A DNA stretch of 32,000 bases from positions 197,724 to 229,723 of the forward strand of contig NZ_LGHJ01000014.1 in NCBI RefSeq assembly GCF_001306055.1, given 5' to 3'. The DNA comes from Bellilinea caldifistulae. Its GTDB lineage: Bacteria; Chloroflexota; Anaerolineae; Anaerolineales; Anaerolineaceae. The notes beneath the pieces are model-generated. The model did no database searches. It was given only the letters and a program-made list of their open reading frames with translations, and had not been told where the DNA came from. Position 1 is the stretch's first letter. The number at the start of each line of letters is the position of its first letter. This document shows positions 1 through 8,409 of the stretch, piece by piece. A program made the position numbers and the translations under genes.

Positions 1-910
1 AGCACGCTGGTTGGAAGTATCTCTGATTGTAGATGGGGAATTGGCCGAAGCCGTAGCAGATGTGATTGGCCGTTACACCTCGCAGGGAGTGGTGATGGAA
101 CAGGCCGTCCGTTATAACGACGAAGAGAGCGAAGGCGTTCCCTACGGACCGGTCAAAGTGTTCGGTTACATGGTGGTGGATAGCACCCTGGAACAGCGCC
201 GCATGAAACTGGAAGAAGCTTTGTGGCACCTCAGTCAGATTCAGCCGCTACCACCCGCCGAATACCGCGAGATTGAAGATCAGGATTGGATGGCGGCCTG
301 GCGGGAGCATTATCGGCCGATACCGGTTGGAGAAAAATTAATGATTTTACCGGCATGGATAGAACTGACCGATGAGCAGCGTATCCCCATCAAAATTGAC
401 CCGAGTATGGCGTTCGGCACCGGTACGCATCCTACCACCCAGTTGTGTCTGGCGCTGCTGGAAAAGCACTTAAGAGCGGGGGATGCGGTCATTGATATCG
501 GCTGTGGGTCGGGGATTTTATCCATTGCGGCGGTCAAACTGGGCGCCAGTCGCGTTTTGGCAGTAGATATTGATCAGGCCGCCATCCGTTCGACCCGTGA
601 AAACGCTGCCCTGAACGGCGTTGTCGATCAAATTGACAGTGGGGTTGGTTCCCTAAATGAGATCCTGGTGGGGTATTACACACTGCGCCGTGCTCCGCTG
701 GTACTGGCTAATATTTTGGCGCCGGTGATCATTCGCATGTTTGGGGAAGGATTGGCGGATACCCTTACAAAGGGCGGAAAGATCATCCTTTCCGGCATTC
801 TGGATGAACAATCGCCGGCGGTAGAGGCCGAGGCTGAAATGCATGGCCTTCAGTTTGTCGAGCGAATGATTCAAAACGACTGGGTTGGGCTGGTCTATCA
901 AAAACCCTGA
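1..910 (+). CDS. prmA: ribosomal protein L11 methyltransferase PrmA (5' end probably a few codons outside the window)
   Basis: ORF 11..910 stays open back to base 2 (..ARW before the TTG). It has the SAM-MTase motif VIDIGCGSGILSIAA, DPSMAFGTGTHPTT and ANILA motifs, and the size typical of PrmA. Confidence 0.85.
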   Translation, partial: ARWLEVSLIVDGELAEAVADVIGRYTSQGVVMEQAVRYNDEESEGVPYGPVKVFGYMVVDSTLEQRRMKLEEALWHLSQIQPLPPAEYREIEDQDWMAAWREHYRPIPVGEKLMILPAWIELTDEQRIPIKIDPSMAFGTGTHPTTQLCLALLEKHLRAGDAVIDIGCGSGILSIAAVKLGASRVLAVDIDQAAIRSTRENAALNGVVDQIDSGVGSLNEILVGYYTLRRAPLVLANILAPVIIRMFGEGLADTLTKGGKIILSGILDEQSPAVEAEAEMHGLQFVERMIQNDWVGLVYQKP

Positions 911-911
911 A

Positions 912-2255
912 TTACCAGACTCGTTCTAAATCAGGGTTATCCAGTGCTTTGCGGCCGACTTTGGCCATATCCACCCATTGACCATCCACTTTGATGCGCA
1001 CCACATCAGCGGTATAGTCGGTGACGGTATCGTTGTGGTTATCGAACAGGGCTGAGCCGACCGCGTAGATATCCACCGGCACTTGCAGTTTTTCAAAACG
1101 GGTGATTTTTTCGGGGGTGAAGCCGCCGGAGACGACGATTTTGACCTCCTGACAGTAGCGCCGGGCTGGCTCGCGCCAATCGGCGGGTAGATCCCAGGTT
1201 TCCCAGGCCGTATCCAGCGCCTGACGTACCAGAAAGACCAGCCGAGGATTGACGCCCAAATCGAGGGCAGGGTCACCGAGCGGCGGAACGCTGACATCTC
1301 GTAAACTTCCACTGGTATCCAGTCGGACGCCATAGAGTTTATACCGCTGGGCTTCTTCCGTCTGACCGGCTTCAATCAATGCGCGGTAGCGTTCAAACAT
1401 GGCCTTGCAAACCGCCAGCGAATCACGCACACAATCATTGTTGAAATCCACCAGAGCAATGCGTGGAATGCTGGGAGAAAGCACCTTGGCAAACGCCAGC
1501 ATGGCCTCGGCGGTGTCCCCCAAAAAGGAAGCAATTGCAGCATGAGCCACCGTGCCACCGCCAGCACCACCCCACCAGTCGCCCTGTGCATCGGTGGAAA
1601 CGAAGGGGCCTAATGTGCTGGCATGATCGTGGTTATACCGCTGGACGGCAATCTGGTAGGCGTAACCATCAGCTGCCTGCACTTCGTGCAGGTCAAAACG
1701 AGCCGGGAAAAAAAGCATTGGCTTGCCACGTGCAGCCACCAGAGCATTATACACATTGGTGGCCACCCGGCTGGCGCGGGTGAGGATACCAAGGGTGGGG
1801 GTCTCCAGAATAGCAAAGTCTCGGTACCGCCCGCGCACGCGCATCACCGGTTGAACATTCAGAGGGTTGCCGTCCGAAGTGACCGTGCAGCCATCATGAA
1901 CCGCCCAAACTTCCAACTGATCGGCAGTATTAATAAAGGTATCTCCCTCAAAGTAACCCGTGCAGTGGCGCAGCATGGTCAGGGCTTTATCCACGCCAAC
2001 CACAATGGTTTTACCCGGTCGGCGGGTGAACCACTGCATCTCGACTTCAATATCGCCGCAGGCGATCTGGTATGGGTCAATGCCGGGCGGCAGGCGGTGA
2101 TCCTGGCCCTGATAACGATAACCCTGTTTGGAAAGCACGCTGAGCATGGTGGTAATGTTGACGAAGTACTTGTCGGTATACCAGCCGCGCCGCATGCGCT
2201 CAATATCCAGTTTGAAGGTTTCATTGGTCAGACGCTTGCCGTCGAAAATGCTCAT
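912..2255 (-). CDS. pncB: nicotinate phosphoribosyltransferase (NAPRTase family)
   Basis: 447-aa ORF. The N-terminus FKLDIERMRRGWYTDKYF and the overall length match the ~450-aa NAPRTase family. GGAG lies upstream of the ATG and a strong promoter lies upstream of that. Confidence 0.75.
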   Translation of the reverse strand: MSIFDGKRLTNETFKLDIERMRRGWYTDKYFVNITTMLSVLSKQGYRYQGQDHRLPPGIDPYQIACGDIEVEMQWFTRRPGKTIVVGVDKALTMLRHCTGYFEGDTFINTADQLEVWAVHDGCTVTSDGNPLNVQPVMRVRGRYRDFAILETPTLGILTRASRVATNVYNALVAARGKPMLFFPARFDLHEVQAADGYAYQIAVQRYNHDHASTLGPFVSTDAQGDWWGGAGGGTVAHAAIASFLGDTAEAMLAFAKVLSPSIPRIALVDFNNDCVRDSLAVCKAMFERYRALIEAGQTEEAQRYKLYGVRLDTSGSLRDVSVPPLGDPALDLGVNPRLVFLVRQALDTAWETWDLPADWREPARRYCQEVKIVVSGGFTPEKITRFEKLQVPVDIYAVGSALFDNHNDTVTDYTADVVRIKVDGQWVDMAKVGRKALDNPDLERVW

Positions 2256-2279
2256 GGGAAAACTCCGGGGAAAGATAGT

Positions 2280-2298
2280 TGGTGTAATTTATACACTA
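2280..2298 (-). promoter_or_regulatory. candidate operator: imperfect inverted repeat TGGTGTA-N5-TACACTA over the predicted pncB transcription start
   Basis: The arms at 2280..2286 and 2292..2298 are reverse complements at 6 of 7 positions (core GTGTA/TACAC is perfect). The repeat lies immediately downstream of the -10 hexamer. Confidence 0.35.
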
Positions 2299-2327
2299 AA
2301 TATAAACCCAAATGAATGGGGTGTCAA
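2299..2327 (-). promoter_or_regulatory. sigma70-type promoter for pncB (TTGACA-N17-TATATT)
   Basis: The minus strand reads TTGACA (2327..2322), a 17-nt spacer, then TATATT (2304..2299), about 45 nt upstream of the ATG at 2255. Confidence 0.55.
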
Positions 2328-2330
2328 GGA

Positions 2331-2355
2331 GTTTAGGAAGTTCTCTTTCCTAAAC
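2331..2355. promoter_or_regulatory. perfect 9-bp inverted repeat GTTTAGGAA-N7-TTCCTAAAC abutting the pncB -35 in the divergent intergenic region
   Basis: The arms at 2331..2339 and 2347..2355 are exact reverse complements. The position is consistent with a regulator site or an insulating hairpin. Confidence 0.3.
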
Positions 2356-2476
2356 ATCAATTCTTATTTGGTATTATTGCCACTATGCTTCCAAAAATTC
2401 AGTGCGAGGTTACCCTACCCATCCCGCCCTCTATGGATTATATTTTTGAAAAATCCAGTCGAGAGGTGAAGTCACC

Positions 2477-2710
2477 ATGCAGAGTTTTGAAGTGATTGGA
2501 CGCTGGTTGATGTTTCTGGGTATTGGGCTGGTGGTGGTCGGTGGCATCTTCTGGATAATGGGACGGCTGCCGGCTTTGCAGAACCTGCCCGGCACCATTA
2601 AAATCGAACGAGAGGGTTTTACCTGCATCTTCCCGCTGGCAGCCTCCATTTTGCTCAGCATCATTCTGACGGTGGTCTTGAACATTATCGCCCGTCTGGG
2701 CGGCCGTTAG
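2477..2710 (+). CDS. DUF2905 family small membrane protein
   Basis: 77 aa with two hydrophobic helices flanking the LPGDI-like segment LPGTIKIEREGFTCIFPL that is characteristic of DUF2905. GAGAGGTGA Shine-Dalgarno sequence upstream. Confidence 0.7.
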   Translation: MQSFEVIGRWLMFLGIGLVVVGGIFWIMGRLPALQNLPGTIKIEREGFTCIFPLAASILLSIILTVVLNIIARLGGR

Positions 2711-2822
2711 GCTTTCATATAAATGGGATTGATTTGTCTTAAAACGAATTGTTCTATGGTAAACTTGAAGTCTGTCATCATCGGGGACATGCCGGCAGAA
2801 AAATTGTTGAGGAGTTGGAAAA

Positions 2823-3374
2823 ATGGTCGAACGCGAAACTTACGCGATTGAACTGGCGGGGCTGCGCCGCGAGTTGCCGCTATTTGAGGTCAAACCCGGT
2901 TTGAAAATTGCGATTTTGAATATTCTGGGGGATACGCCGCTGGTTGAGGCTTGCGCTGAGGCTCTGGCACATCAGTCGCGTGATCGTGATTTTGATGTGA
3001 TCGTCACAGCCGAGTCAAAAAGTATTCCACTGGCGTATGCCATGTCGGTGCGTTTGAACAAGCCTTATGTGGTGCTGCGCAAGGTTTATAAATTTTACAT
3101 GGGCGAGGCCTTGAAGGCCCAAACCCTTTCAATTACCACCGGTGAGCCGCAAACGCTCTATCTTGATGAAAAGGATCACCGCTTACTGCGCGGGAAAAAA
3201 GTCATGATCCTGGATGATGTGATCAGCACCGGTTCAACCCTGGAAGGTATGCGTTCCCTCATGGAACAGGCTGGGGCAACCGTCACTGTGGAAGCGGCCA
3301 TCTGCACTGAGGGGGACTTGGCGCGCTGGAATGGGATTGTCGCTCTGGCACACCTGCCTTTGTTTGAAGAATAA
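2823..3374 (+). CDS. phosphoribosyltransferase (adenine/xanthine PRTase-like, type I)
   Basis: 183 aa with the PRPP-binding motif VMILDDVISTGSTLEG. The layout resembles Xpt/Apt-type purine PRTases. GGAG Shine-Dalgarno sequence upstream. Confidence 0.7.
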   Translation: MVERETYAIELAGLRRELPLFEVKPGLKIAILNILGDTPLVEACAEALAHQSRDRDFDVIVTAESKSIPLAYAMSVRLNKPYVVLRKVYKFYMGEALKAQTLSITTGEPQTLYLDEKDHRLLRGKKVMILDDVISTGSTLEGMRSLMEQAGATVTVEAAICTEGDLARWNGIVALAHLPLFEE

Positions 3375-3395
3375 ACCATTCATCGAATCCGAATC

Positions 3396-3436
3396 AAAAA
3401 TCACCCCGCGGTGATCGCTTAACGGGGTGATTTTTT
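3396..3436 (+). terminator. Rho-independent terminator, potentially bidirectional
   Basis: Stem AAAAATCACCCCG (3396..3408) pairs with CGGGGTGATTTTT (3423..3435). An A-run precedes the hairpin and a T-run follows it. It sits 22 nt after the stop of the PRTase gene. Confidence 0.8.
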
Positions 3437-3602
3437 GTAATTATCGGAAACGGAAAATCAGGCGCGCCGGCGGACGCGCACCAACACGTCAACTTTCAAA
3501 GACAAACGGGGTTCCTCCGCCTATCATCCAATCGGATTTGCCGCAGATAACCTCACTCCTTTACGGCAAATTTTCCTGTTTCGTCAAAAACTCAGCGGCT
3601 CG

Positions 3603-3794
3603 TCAATCTTCGAATGAAATGGCTTCTTCGGGGCATTCATCCACGGCTTGCTGGACGAGGTCACGGTAAGATTCGGGGACGGGATCCATGATGACAATTG
3701 CATGAATGGCGTCACCCAACTGAAAAATTTCGGGGGCAATCGTTTCGCATACACCGCAGCCCATACAGATATCCGGGTCAACAAACACCTTCAT
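3603..3794 (-). CDS. small single-cluster ferredoxin
   Basis: 63 aa with CMGCGVCETIAP ... CPEEAI (C-x2-C-x2-C ... CP). AGGAGG Shine-Dalgarno sequence upstream. Confidence 0.85.
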   Translation of the reverse strand: MKVFVDPDICMGCGVCETIAPEIFQLGDAIHAIVIMDPVPESYRDLVQQAVDECPEEAISFED

Positions 3795-3965
3795 TAGTAA
3801 ATTTCCTCCTGAAGTGTGGGGGTAGAAAACGAGAGAAACAGCGGCGAGACTTCGATACTGCCAGTAAACATGGGGGATATTCTCATTATATTGATTTTAG
3901 GGTTAAATGCTTCGGTTTACAGGGTGATATTCTTCCTGATTTTTGTCCGAAAATGTCCATTGACT

Positions 3966-5105
3966 TCATGCCTTTTGAAGGCTGACTCCCTCACTGGCGT
4001 GGCAGAGGTAGATTTCAGCCGATTTGCCGGTGCGGGTGTGATATTCCTGCGCCAGCGATTGGGCAAAAGTCCGGGCTGCTTCTTCCAGCACCAGATTAAC
4101 CGTGCATCCCCCAAAACCGGCTCCCGTCAGGCGTGCCCCAAGGCAACCCGGCAGGTGGGCGGCAATCTCCACCAGTGCATCCAGTTCGGGAATGCTGACC
4201 TGATACAAATCTCGCAAAGAGGCATGACCTTCGTACATTAATTCCCCGAACGAACGACTATCACCACCTTTGAGGTATTTTACGGCTTGCTGCACGCGGG
4301 CAATTTCTTCCACCACATGACGGGCATGTTGGCGAACCTGCTCCGGCAGGTATAAGGCTAGTCGGTTGAAGTCCTCCGGGCTGACATCCCGCAAGCTATG
4401 AATGGCAGGCAGGTGCATCTGCAAGAGGCGCACGGCTTCTTCACAATCGGCGCGGCGTTGATTGTAAGCCGAACCTGCCAGGGTGCGGCGCACCCCTGAA
4501 TCGGCGATCACCAACGCGGTTCCAGACGGGAGAGGGACGGGTTCGTATTCCAGGGAGCGGGTATCGAACATCAGGGCGTGATCCTTGACCCCGCAGGCGG
4601 AGGCAAATTGATCCATCAGTCCGCAGTTGACGCCGACAAACTGATTTTCGGCTTGCTGACACAGACGTGCCAGTTCCAAACGGCTCAGTCCCCAGCCGTT
4701 TAATTCATTCCATAAAGCCCCAAAAGCCACTTCAACCGCAGCCGAGGAACTGAGACCCGCTCCAATCGGGACAGTGGAAGTGAACACCGCATGAATGCCG
4801 CTGACGGTTAAGCCGCGCTGCCTGGCCGCCCAGGCCACTCCGGCGGGGTAGCGTGCCCAATCCGGTAATTGCCGGGCCTGCAGGTCTTCTACATCGAAAG
4901 AAATTCTCTGCCCCAGATCCAGCGCGGTTAAATCTACCGTGGTGTCAGAACGTGCCGCGGCCTGTAAGTGAACATAACGGTCAATGGCAGCCGGCAAGAC
5001 GATGCCCTCATTGTAATCAACATGCTCCCCCAGTAGATTGACTCGACCGGGGGCGCGGACATCAAAGTCGGGGTTGGGGAGATGAGCGGAGAGTGGTTCG
5101 ATCAT
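3966..5105 (-). CDS. galK: galactokinase
   Basis: 379 aa with the galactokinase signature GRVNLLGEHVDYNEG, the GHMP kinase motif PIGAGLSSSAA, and the C-terminal GAGFGGC. Confidence 0.9.
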   Translation of the reverse strand: MIEPLSAHLPNPDFDVRAPGRVNLLGEHVDYNEGIVLPAAIDRYVHLQAAARSDTTVDLTALDLGQRISFDVEDLQARQLPDWARYPAGVAWAARQRGLTVSGIHAVFTSTVPIGAGLSSSAAVEVAFGALWNELNGWGLSRLELARLCQQAENQFVGVNCGLMDQFASACGVKDHALMFDTRSLEYEPVPLPSGTALVIADSGVRRTLAGSAYNQRRADCEEAVRLLQMHLPAIHSLRDVSPEDFNRLALYLPEQVRQHARHVVEEIARVQQAVKYLKGGDSRSFGELMYEGHASLRDLYQVSIPELDALVEIAAHLPGCLGARLTGAGFGGCTVNLVLEEAARTFAQSLAQEYHTRTGKSAEIYLCHASEGVSLQKA

Positions 5106-5356
5106 TGCGAATTGTTGTTTTGAATCAATTCTTTTTTACGCTGATGATTGAGCTTTTTCAACTGAGCTTCACGGCGCAAGGCGGCCTGCCGGCTAGGCTG
5201 CTCTTCAACATACACAAGGCGGACGGGCAGATGCAAGCGGGTATAACGCGCTCCCCGACCGGAATTGTGCTGGCGCTCGCGGCGGTGCGGGTCGGTGCTC
5301 CAGCCGGTATAAAAACTGCCATCATTGCATTCCAGAATATAGCAGTAATACCCCAT
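5102..5356 (-). CDS. stand-alone GIY-YIG domain protein (UPF0213/YhbQ-like)
   Basis: 84 aa: YYCYILECNDGSFYTGWSTDPHRRERQHN matches the GIY-YIG core. Its stop overlaps the galK start by 4 nt. Confidence 0.8.
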   Translation of the reverse strand: MGYYCYILECNDGSFYTGWSTDPHRRERQHNSGRGARYTRLHLPVRLVYVEEQPSRQAALRREAQLKKLNHQRKKELIQNNNSQ

Positions 5357-5359
5357 AGA

Positions 5360-6367
5360 CTATCTGGATGGTTTGTTCCCTTTGCCCTGTTCTCGGGGGC
5401 GCTTGCCCAGACCGAACAATCTGCCGATCAGCTGACCACTGGTGGGCAGAATCGAAGGTGAGGAAGGCACATCCCACATCCCTTCCAGGCGGTCTTGCCA
5501 CCATTGAATGCGCTGTTGCTGAGCGCTGGTCAATGCCTGATGAAGCGCCTGATCATCCTGATTAAGCAGCATTTCGCGGAAATCTTCCAGTTCACCAATC
5601 AGGGCATCCAGCAGGCGAATGGCATTGTCGCTGTTGAAGATTGCGGTTTGACCGAGCAATTTTTGTTCATTGAGGTGCAAAAGGGGTTCGGTCACCTCTA
5701 CAAACGAGCGCCCGGCCAGTTTTCTACCTTCCCGCCAGCCCGGCTGATTCATGGCAGCCCGCATCATGCCGGCCGCCGTCAGTTTGGGCAGCAAATCAAC
5801 CATTGCCATAAGACCGTCGGCTTCAAAAGGATCAGCATAAAAAGGTTTACCGCCGATCATTTCTGCCAGATCTCCGGCCAGTTTGAGGGCATCGGCGTGA
5901 GTGTCAGGCGGGGCGGTGATGACGATCAGGCCGCGCTGGAAGTAGTCTGGACTGGCTTTGTCCAGGGATTCATCCGTATCGGTGAGGAAGGACGGATTCA
6001 GGGCGGGGGTGAAGGAGATGAGATAGCGTTCTTCGGGTAAGAGATTTTTTGCCCAGTTAAACACGGTGTTGGAAAGCGGGGAAGTATCCAGAACCACTGC
6101 GCCGGCTTTCAATGATGGCGCAATGGCTTCCAGGGTACTGCGAATTTCATCCACCGGCAGGCACAAAATGACTACATCGGCTTTTTCTACCGCAGCGTGC
6201 AGGTTGTGAATGATACGGTCAATCGCCTTGAGATGAAGGGCTTTTTGCTCGGCAATCAGGTCGGCATCTGAGCCGACCCGCTCCAGTTGGGCTGTGTTTT
6301 TTTGGAGCGCCAGCCCGATAGAAACTGCGGTCTGGTTCAGACCAAGAAGACTGATGCGTAATGCCAT
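5360..6367 (-). CDS. prephenate/arogenate dehydrogenase-like protein with an atypical nucleotide-binding motif
   Basis: 335 aa. The N-terminal Rossmann-like region ISLLGLNQTAVSIGLAL...ADVVILCLP resembles the TyrA family, but GxGxxG is replaced by GLNQTA. The ATG overlaps the upstream stop (TAATG). Confidence 0.5.
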   Translation of the reverse strand: MALRISLLGLNQTAVSIGLALQKNTAQLERVGSDADLIAEQKALHLKAIDRIIHNLHAAVEKADVVILCLPVDEIRSTLEAIAPSLKAGAVVLDTSPLSNTVFNWAKNLLPEERYLISFTPALNPSFLTDTDESLDKASPDYFQRGLIVITAPPDTHADALKLAGDLAEMIGGKPFYADPFEADGLMAMVDLLPKLTAAGMMRAAMNQPGWREGRKLAGRSFVEVTEPLLHLNEQKLLGQTAIFNSDNAIRLLDALIGELEDFREMLLNQDDQALHQALTSAQQQRIQWWQDRLEGMWDVPSSPSILPTSGQLIGRLFGLGKRPREQGKGNKPSR

Positions 6368-7020
6368 TAATTTCCTCCCAGTAATAAATAAAGGAGATTG
6401 GGTAAGGCGGGATTCATAATTAAGGAAAACACGTCAAAACCCAGGCGAGAGGGGATGATCAGTAAACCGATTAAAATCAGTGATCCGTACGGGCGGATCA
6501 CACTCATAGCACGTGCCAATGACGGTGGTGCAAAATACTCGACGATTTTATCGCCGTCCAGGGGTGCCAGCGGAATCAGGTTGAACAACATCAATATCAG
6601 GTTGATAAAGATAAATTCAAGCAGGAACTGGTAGGGCGTTGGGAAAAAGCCCGGCAGGGGACTGCCGGATGAGAAAGTCACCAGACCCAATCGCAATGGA
6701 ATGGCGGCCAGAGCTGCCAGTAGAAAATTGGAAAACGGCCCGGCGAGTGAGACCCACATCAGGGCGGCTGGTGAGCGCCGGTTGAGCGCATACGGGTTGA
6801 CCGGCACCGGTTTGGCCCAGCCAAAACCGGCAATTAACAGCATCAGGGAGCCAAAGGGATCGAGATGACTGAGCGGATTGAGGGTCAGCCGTCCGTATTG
6901 ACGCGGCGTTTCATCGCCGAAACGGGTAGCCGTCCAGGCATGGGCAAATTCATGCACGCTGAAGGCAATGATCAGGATGAAAATGCGGCTGATGAGGGTT
7001 TGCGGATCGAGATTCAACAT
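6367..7020 (-). CDS. site-2 protease family (peptidase M50) membrane metalloprotease
   Basis: HEFAHAW (HExxH) and NLIPLAPLDGDKI motifs, polytopic. I place the start at the ATG at 7020 (MLNLDPQ...). The 50 extra codons of ORF 6367..7170 would overlap DUF951 and have no family similarity. Confidence 0.8.
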   Translation of the reverse strand: MLNLDPQTLISRIFILIIAFSVHEFAHAWTATRFGDETPRQYGRLTLNPLSHLDPFGSLMLLIAGFGWAKPVPVNPYALNRRSPAALMWVSLAGPFSNFLLAALAAIPLRLGLVTFSSGSPLPGFFPTPYQFLLEFIFINLILMLFNLIPLAPLDGDKIVEYFAPPSLARAMSVIRPYGSLILIGLLIIPSRLGFDVFSLIMNPALPNLLYLLLGGN

Positions 7021-7026
7021 AAAACG

Positions 7027-7035
7027 ATTATAACA
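7027..7035 (-). promoter_or_regulatory. extended -10 promoter (TGTTATAAT) exactly 6 nt upstream of the M50 ATG; leaderless-type
   Basis: The minus strand reads TGT TATAAT CGTTTT ATG. Confidence 0.4.
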
Positions 7036-7039
7036 TGGG

Positions 7040-7048
7040 TGGTATAAT
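7040..7048 (+). promoter_or_regulatory. extended -10 promoter (TGGTATAAT) exactly 6 nt upstream of the DUF951 ATG; leaderless-type
   Basis: The plus strand reads TGG TATAAT GCGGGC ATG. There is no Shine-Dalgarno sequence. Confidence 0.4.
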
Positions 7049-7054
7049 GCGGGC

Positions 7055-7267
7055 ATGTTGCCAGATTTGCAGCTGAATGATGTGGTGCGCCTTCGAAAAC
7101 CCCATCCTTGTGGAGGGTATGAATGGAAGGTGGTACGCCTGGGTGCCGATATTGGGCTGGAATGCTGCACCTGTCAACGGCGGGTGTTATTGACCCGTCG
7201 GGAGTTATCCCGCCGCTTGAAGACAATTGTGACGCGAGGCAGCCATGAGCAAAACCCCGCCGGATAA
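7055..7267 (+). CDS. DUF951 family protein
   Basis: 70 aa: [34 protein letters not shown] matches the conserved DUF951 core. Confidence 0.75.
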   Translation: MLPDLQLNDVVRLRKPHPCGGYEWKVVRLGADIGLECCTCQRRVLLTRRELSRRLKTIVTRGSHEQNPAG

Positions 7268-8402
7268 ACCGCACATCCTTTTTCTGTTTTCAGATACCGG
7301 CGGCGGTCATCGCAGCGCGGCGGAAGCCATCATCGAGGCAATGGGTCTGGAATTTGGTGACCAGATCAGCACGGAGATGGTGGACATCTTTTTGGAATAT
7401 GCTCCCCCGCCGATTAACCTTGCACCGCGCATTTACCCCACCCTTTCGCGCATGCCGGATTTATGGGAATTGGGTTACCGGATCAGCGACGGTAAGCGCC
7501 GAACTCGTTTTGCATATACCATGCTCTGGCCGTATGTACGCCGTTCGCTCGACCGTCTTTTGATGGAACATCCGGCTTCGCTGGTTGTTTCGGTTCATCA
7601 GTTGATCAACACTCCTGTTTCAAAAGCAGCCAAAAAGTTGGGTGTGCCGTTCATTACCGTCGTAACCGACCTGGTTTCTACCCACGCGGCGTGGTACTGC
7701 AATCAGGCGGATCTGGTGGTGGTGCCGACCGACGAGGCTTTCCAGCGCGGGCTGGAGATGGGGCTGAATCCGTCACAGATGCGGGTAGTCGGCCTGCCGG
7801 TTGCGGAGCGGTTTTGCCAGCCAAGGGCTGACGAACGCGTGTTACGCGAGCGGCTTGGTTGGCGACAAGACTTGCCGGTGGCCATTCTGGTGGGCGGCGG
7901 TGAGGGGATGGGGCCGCTGGCCGCCACCGCTCGAGCAATTGACGAAGCCCATCTCCCTCTGCAGTTGATCATTGTGGCCGGGCGTAACCGCGTCTTGAAA
8001 GAACAACTCCAACGCGTGCGCTGGCAAATACCGGTCAAAGTCTATGGCTTTGTCACCGAAATGCCCGATTTTATGCGGGCTGCCGATATTTTGATTACCA
8101 AAGCCGGGCCGGGTACGATTTGTGAAGCCTTTATTGCCGGTTTACCATTGATTCTTTACAGCAAAATGCCCGGACAAGAGGACGGCAATGTGGATTTTGT
8201 TGTCCGGCATGGGGCGGGCGTATGGGCACCTCAACCCGGGCTGGTGGTCAAGGCGTTACAGCACTGGCTGCGGCGGCCTGAGGAACGCCTGAAAACCGCT
8301 CAAACTGCTTTGAAACTGGGCAGGCCGAAGGCTGCTCGCGAGATTGCCCATTTACTCGTGGAGCAAGCCCGCCGACAGTCAACCACCAAAATACGGGTAT
8401 AA
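7245..8402 (+). CDS. GT28 glycosyltransferase, monogalactosyldiacylglycerol-synthase / diacylglycerol glycosyltransferase-like
   Basis: 385 aa. The N-terminal motif [15 protein letters not shown] and the [12 protein letters not shown]-terminal motif are typical of MGDG synthase/UgtP-type enzymes. Confidence 0.75.
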   Translation: MSKTPPDKPHILFLFSDTGGGHRSAAEAIIEAMGLEFGDQISTEMVDIFLEYAPPPINLAPRIYPTLSRMPDLWELGYRISDGKRRTRFAYTMLWPYVRRSLDRLLMEHPASLVVSVHQLINTPVSKAAKKLGVPFITVVTDLVSTHAAWYCNQADLVVVPTDEAFQRGLEMGLNPSQMRVVGLPVAERFCQPRADERVLRERLGWRQDLPVAILVGGGEGMGPLAATARAIDEAHLPLQLIIVAGRNRVLKEQLQRVRWQIPVKVYGFVTEMPDFMRAADILITKAGPGTICEAFIAGLPLILYSKMPGQEDGNVDFVVRHGAGVWAPQPGLVVKALQHWLRRPEERLKTAQTALKLGRPKAAREIAHLLVEQARRQSTTKIRV

Positions 8403-8409
8403 TTTGAAT

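Noticed and set aside
1623-2315. 230-aa plus-strand ORF
   Set aside because: It is antisense to the NAPRTase gene, has no family features, and runs through the pncB promoter region.
3427-3669. 80-aa plus-strand ORF in the PRTase-ferredoxin spacer
   Set aside because: It starts inside the terminator hairpin, is Arg/Ser-rich, and runs antisense into the ferredoxin gene. I also found no tRNA-like or sRNA-like structure in 3437..3602.
7021-7170. 50-codon N-terminal extension of the M50 protease ORF (start at 7170)
   Set aside because: The extension has no similarity to M50 proteins and would overlap the whole 5' half of the DUF951 gene. The ATG at 7020 is preceded by a TGnTATAAT-N6 promoter.
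8344-8409. Upstream ATG for tsaE
   Set aside because: It would add 22 non-conserved residues and overlap the GT28 gene by 59 nt. TsaE proteins normally start about 30 residues before the P-loop, which fits the ATG at 8410.
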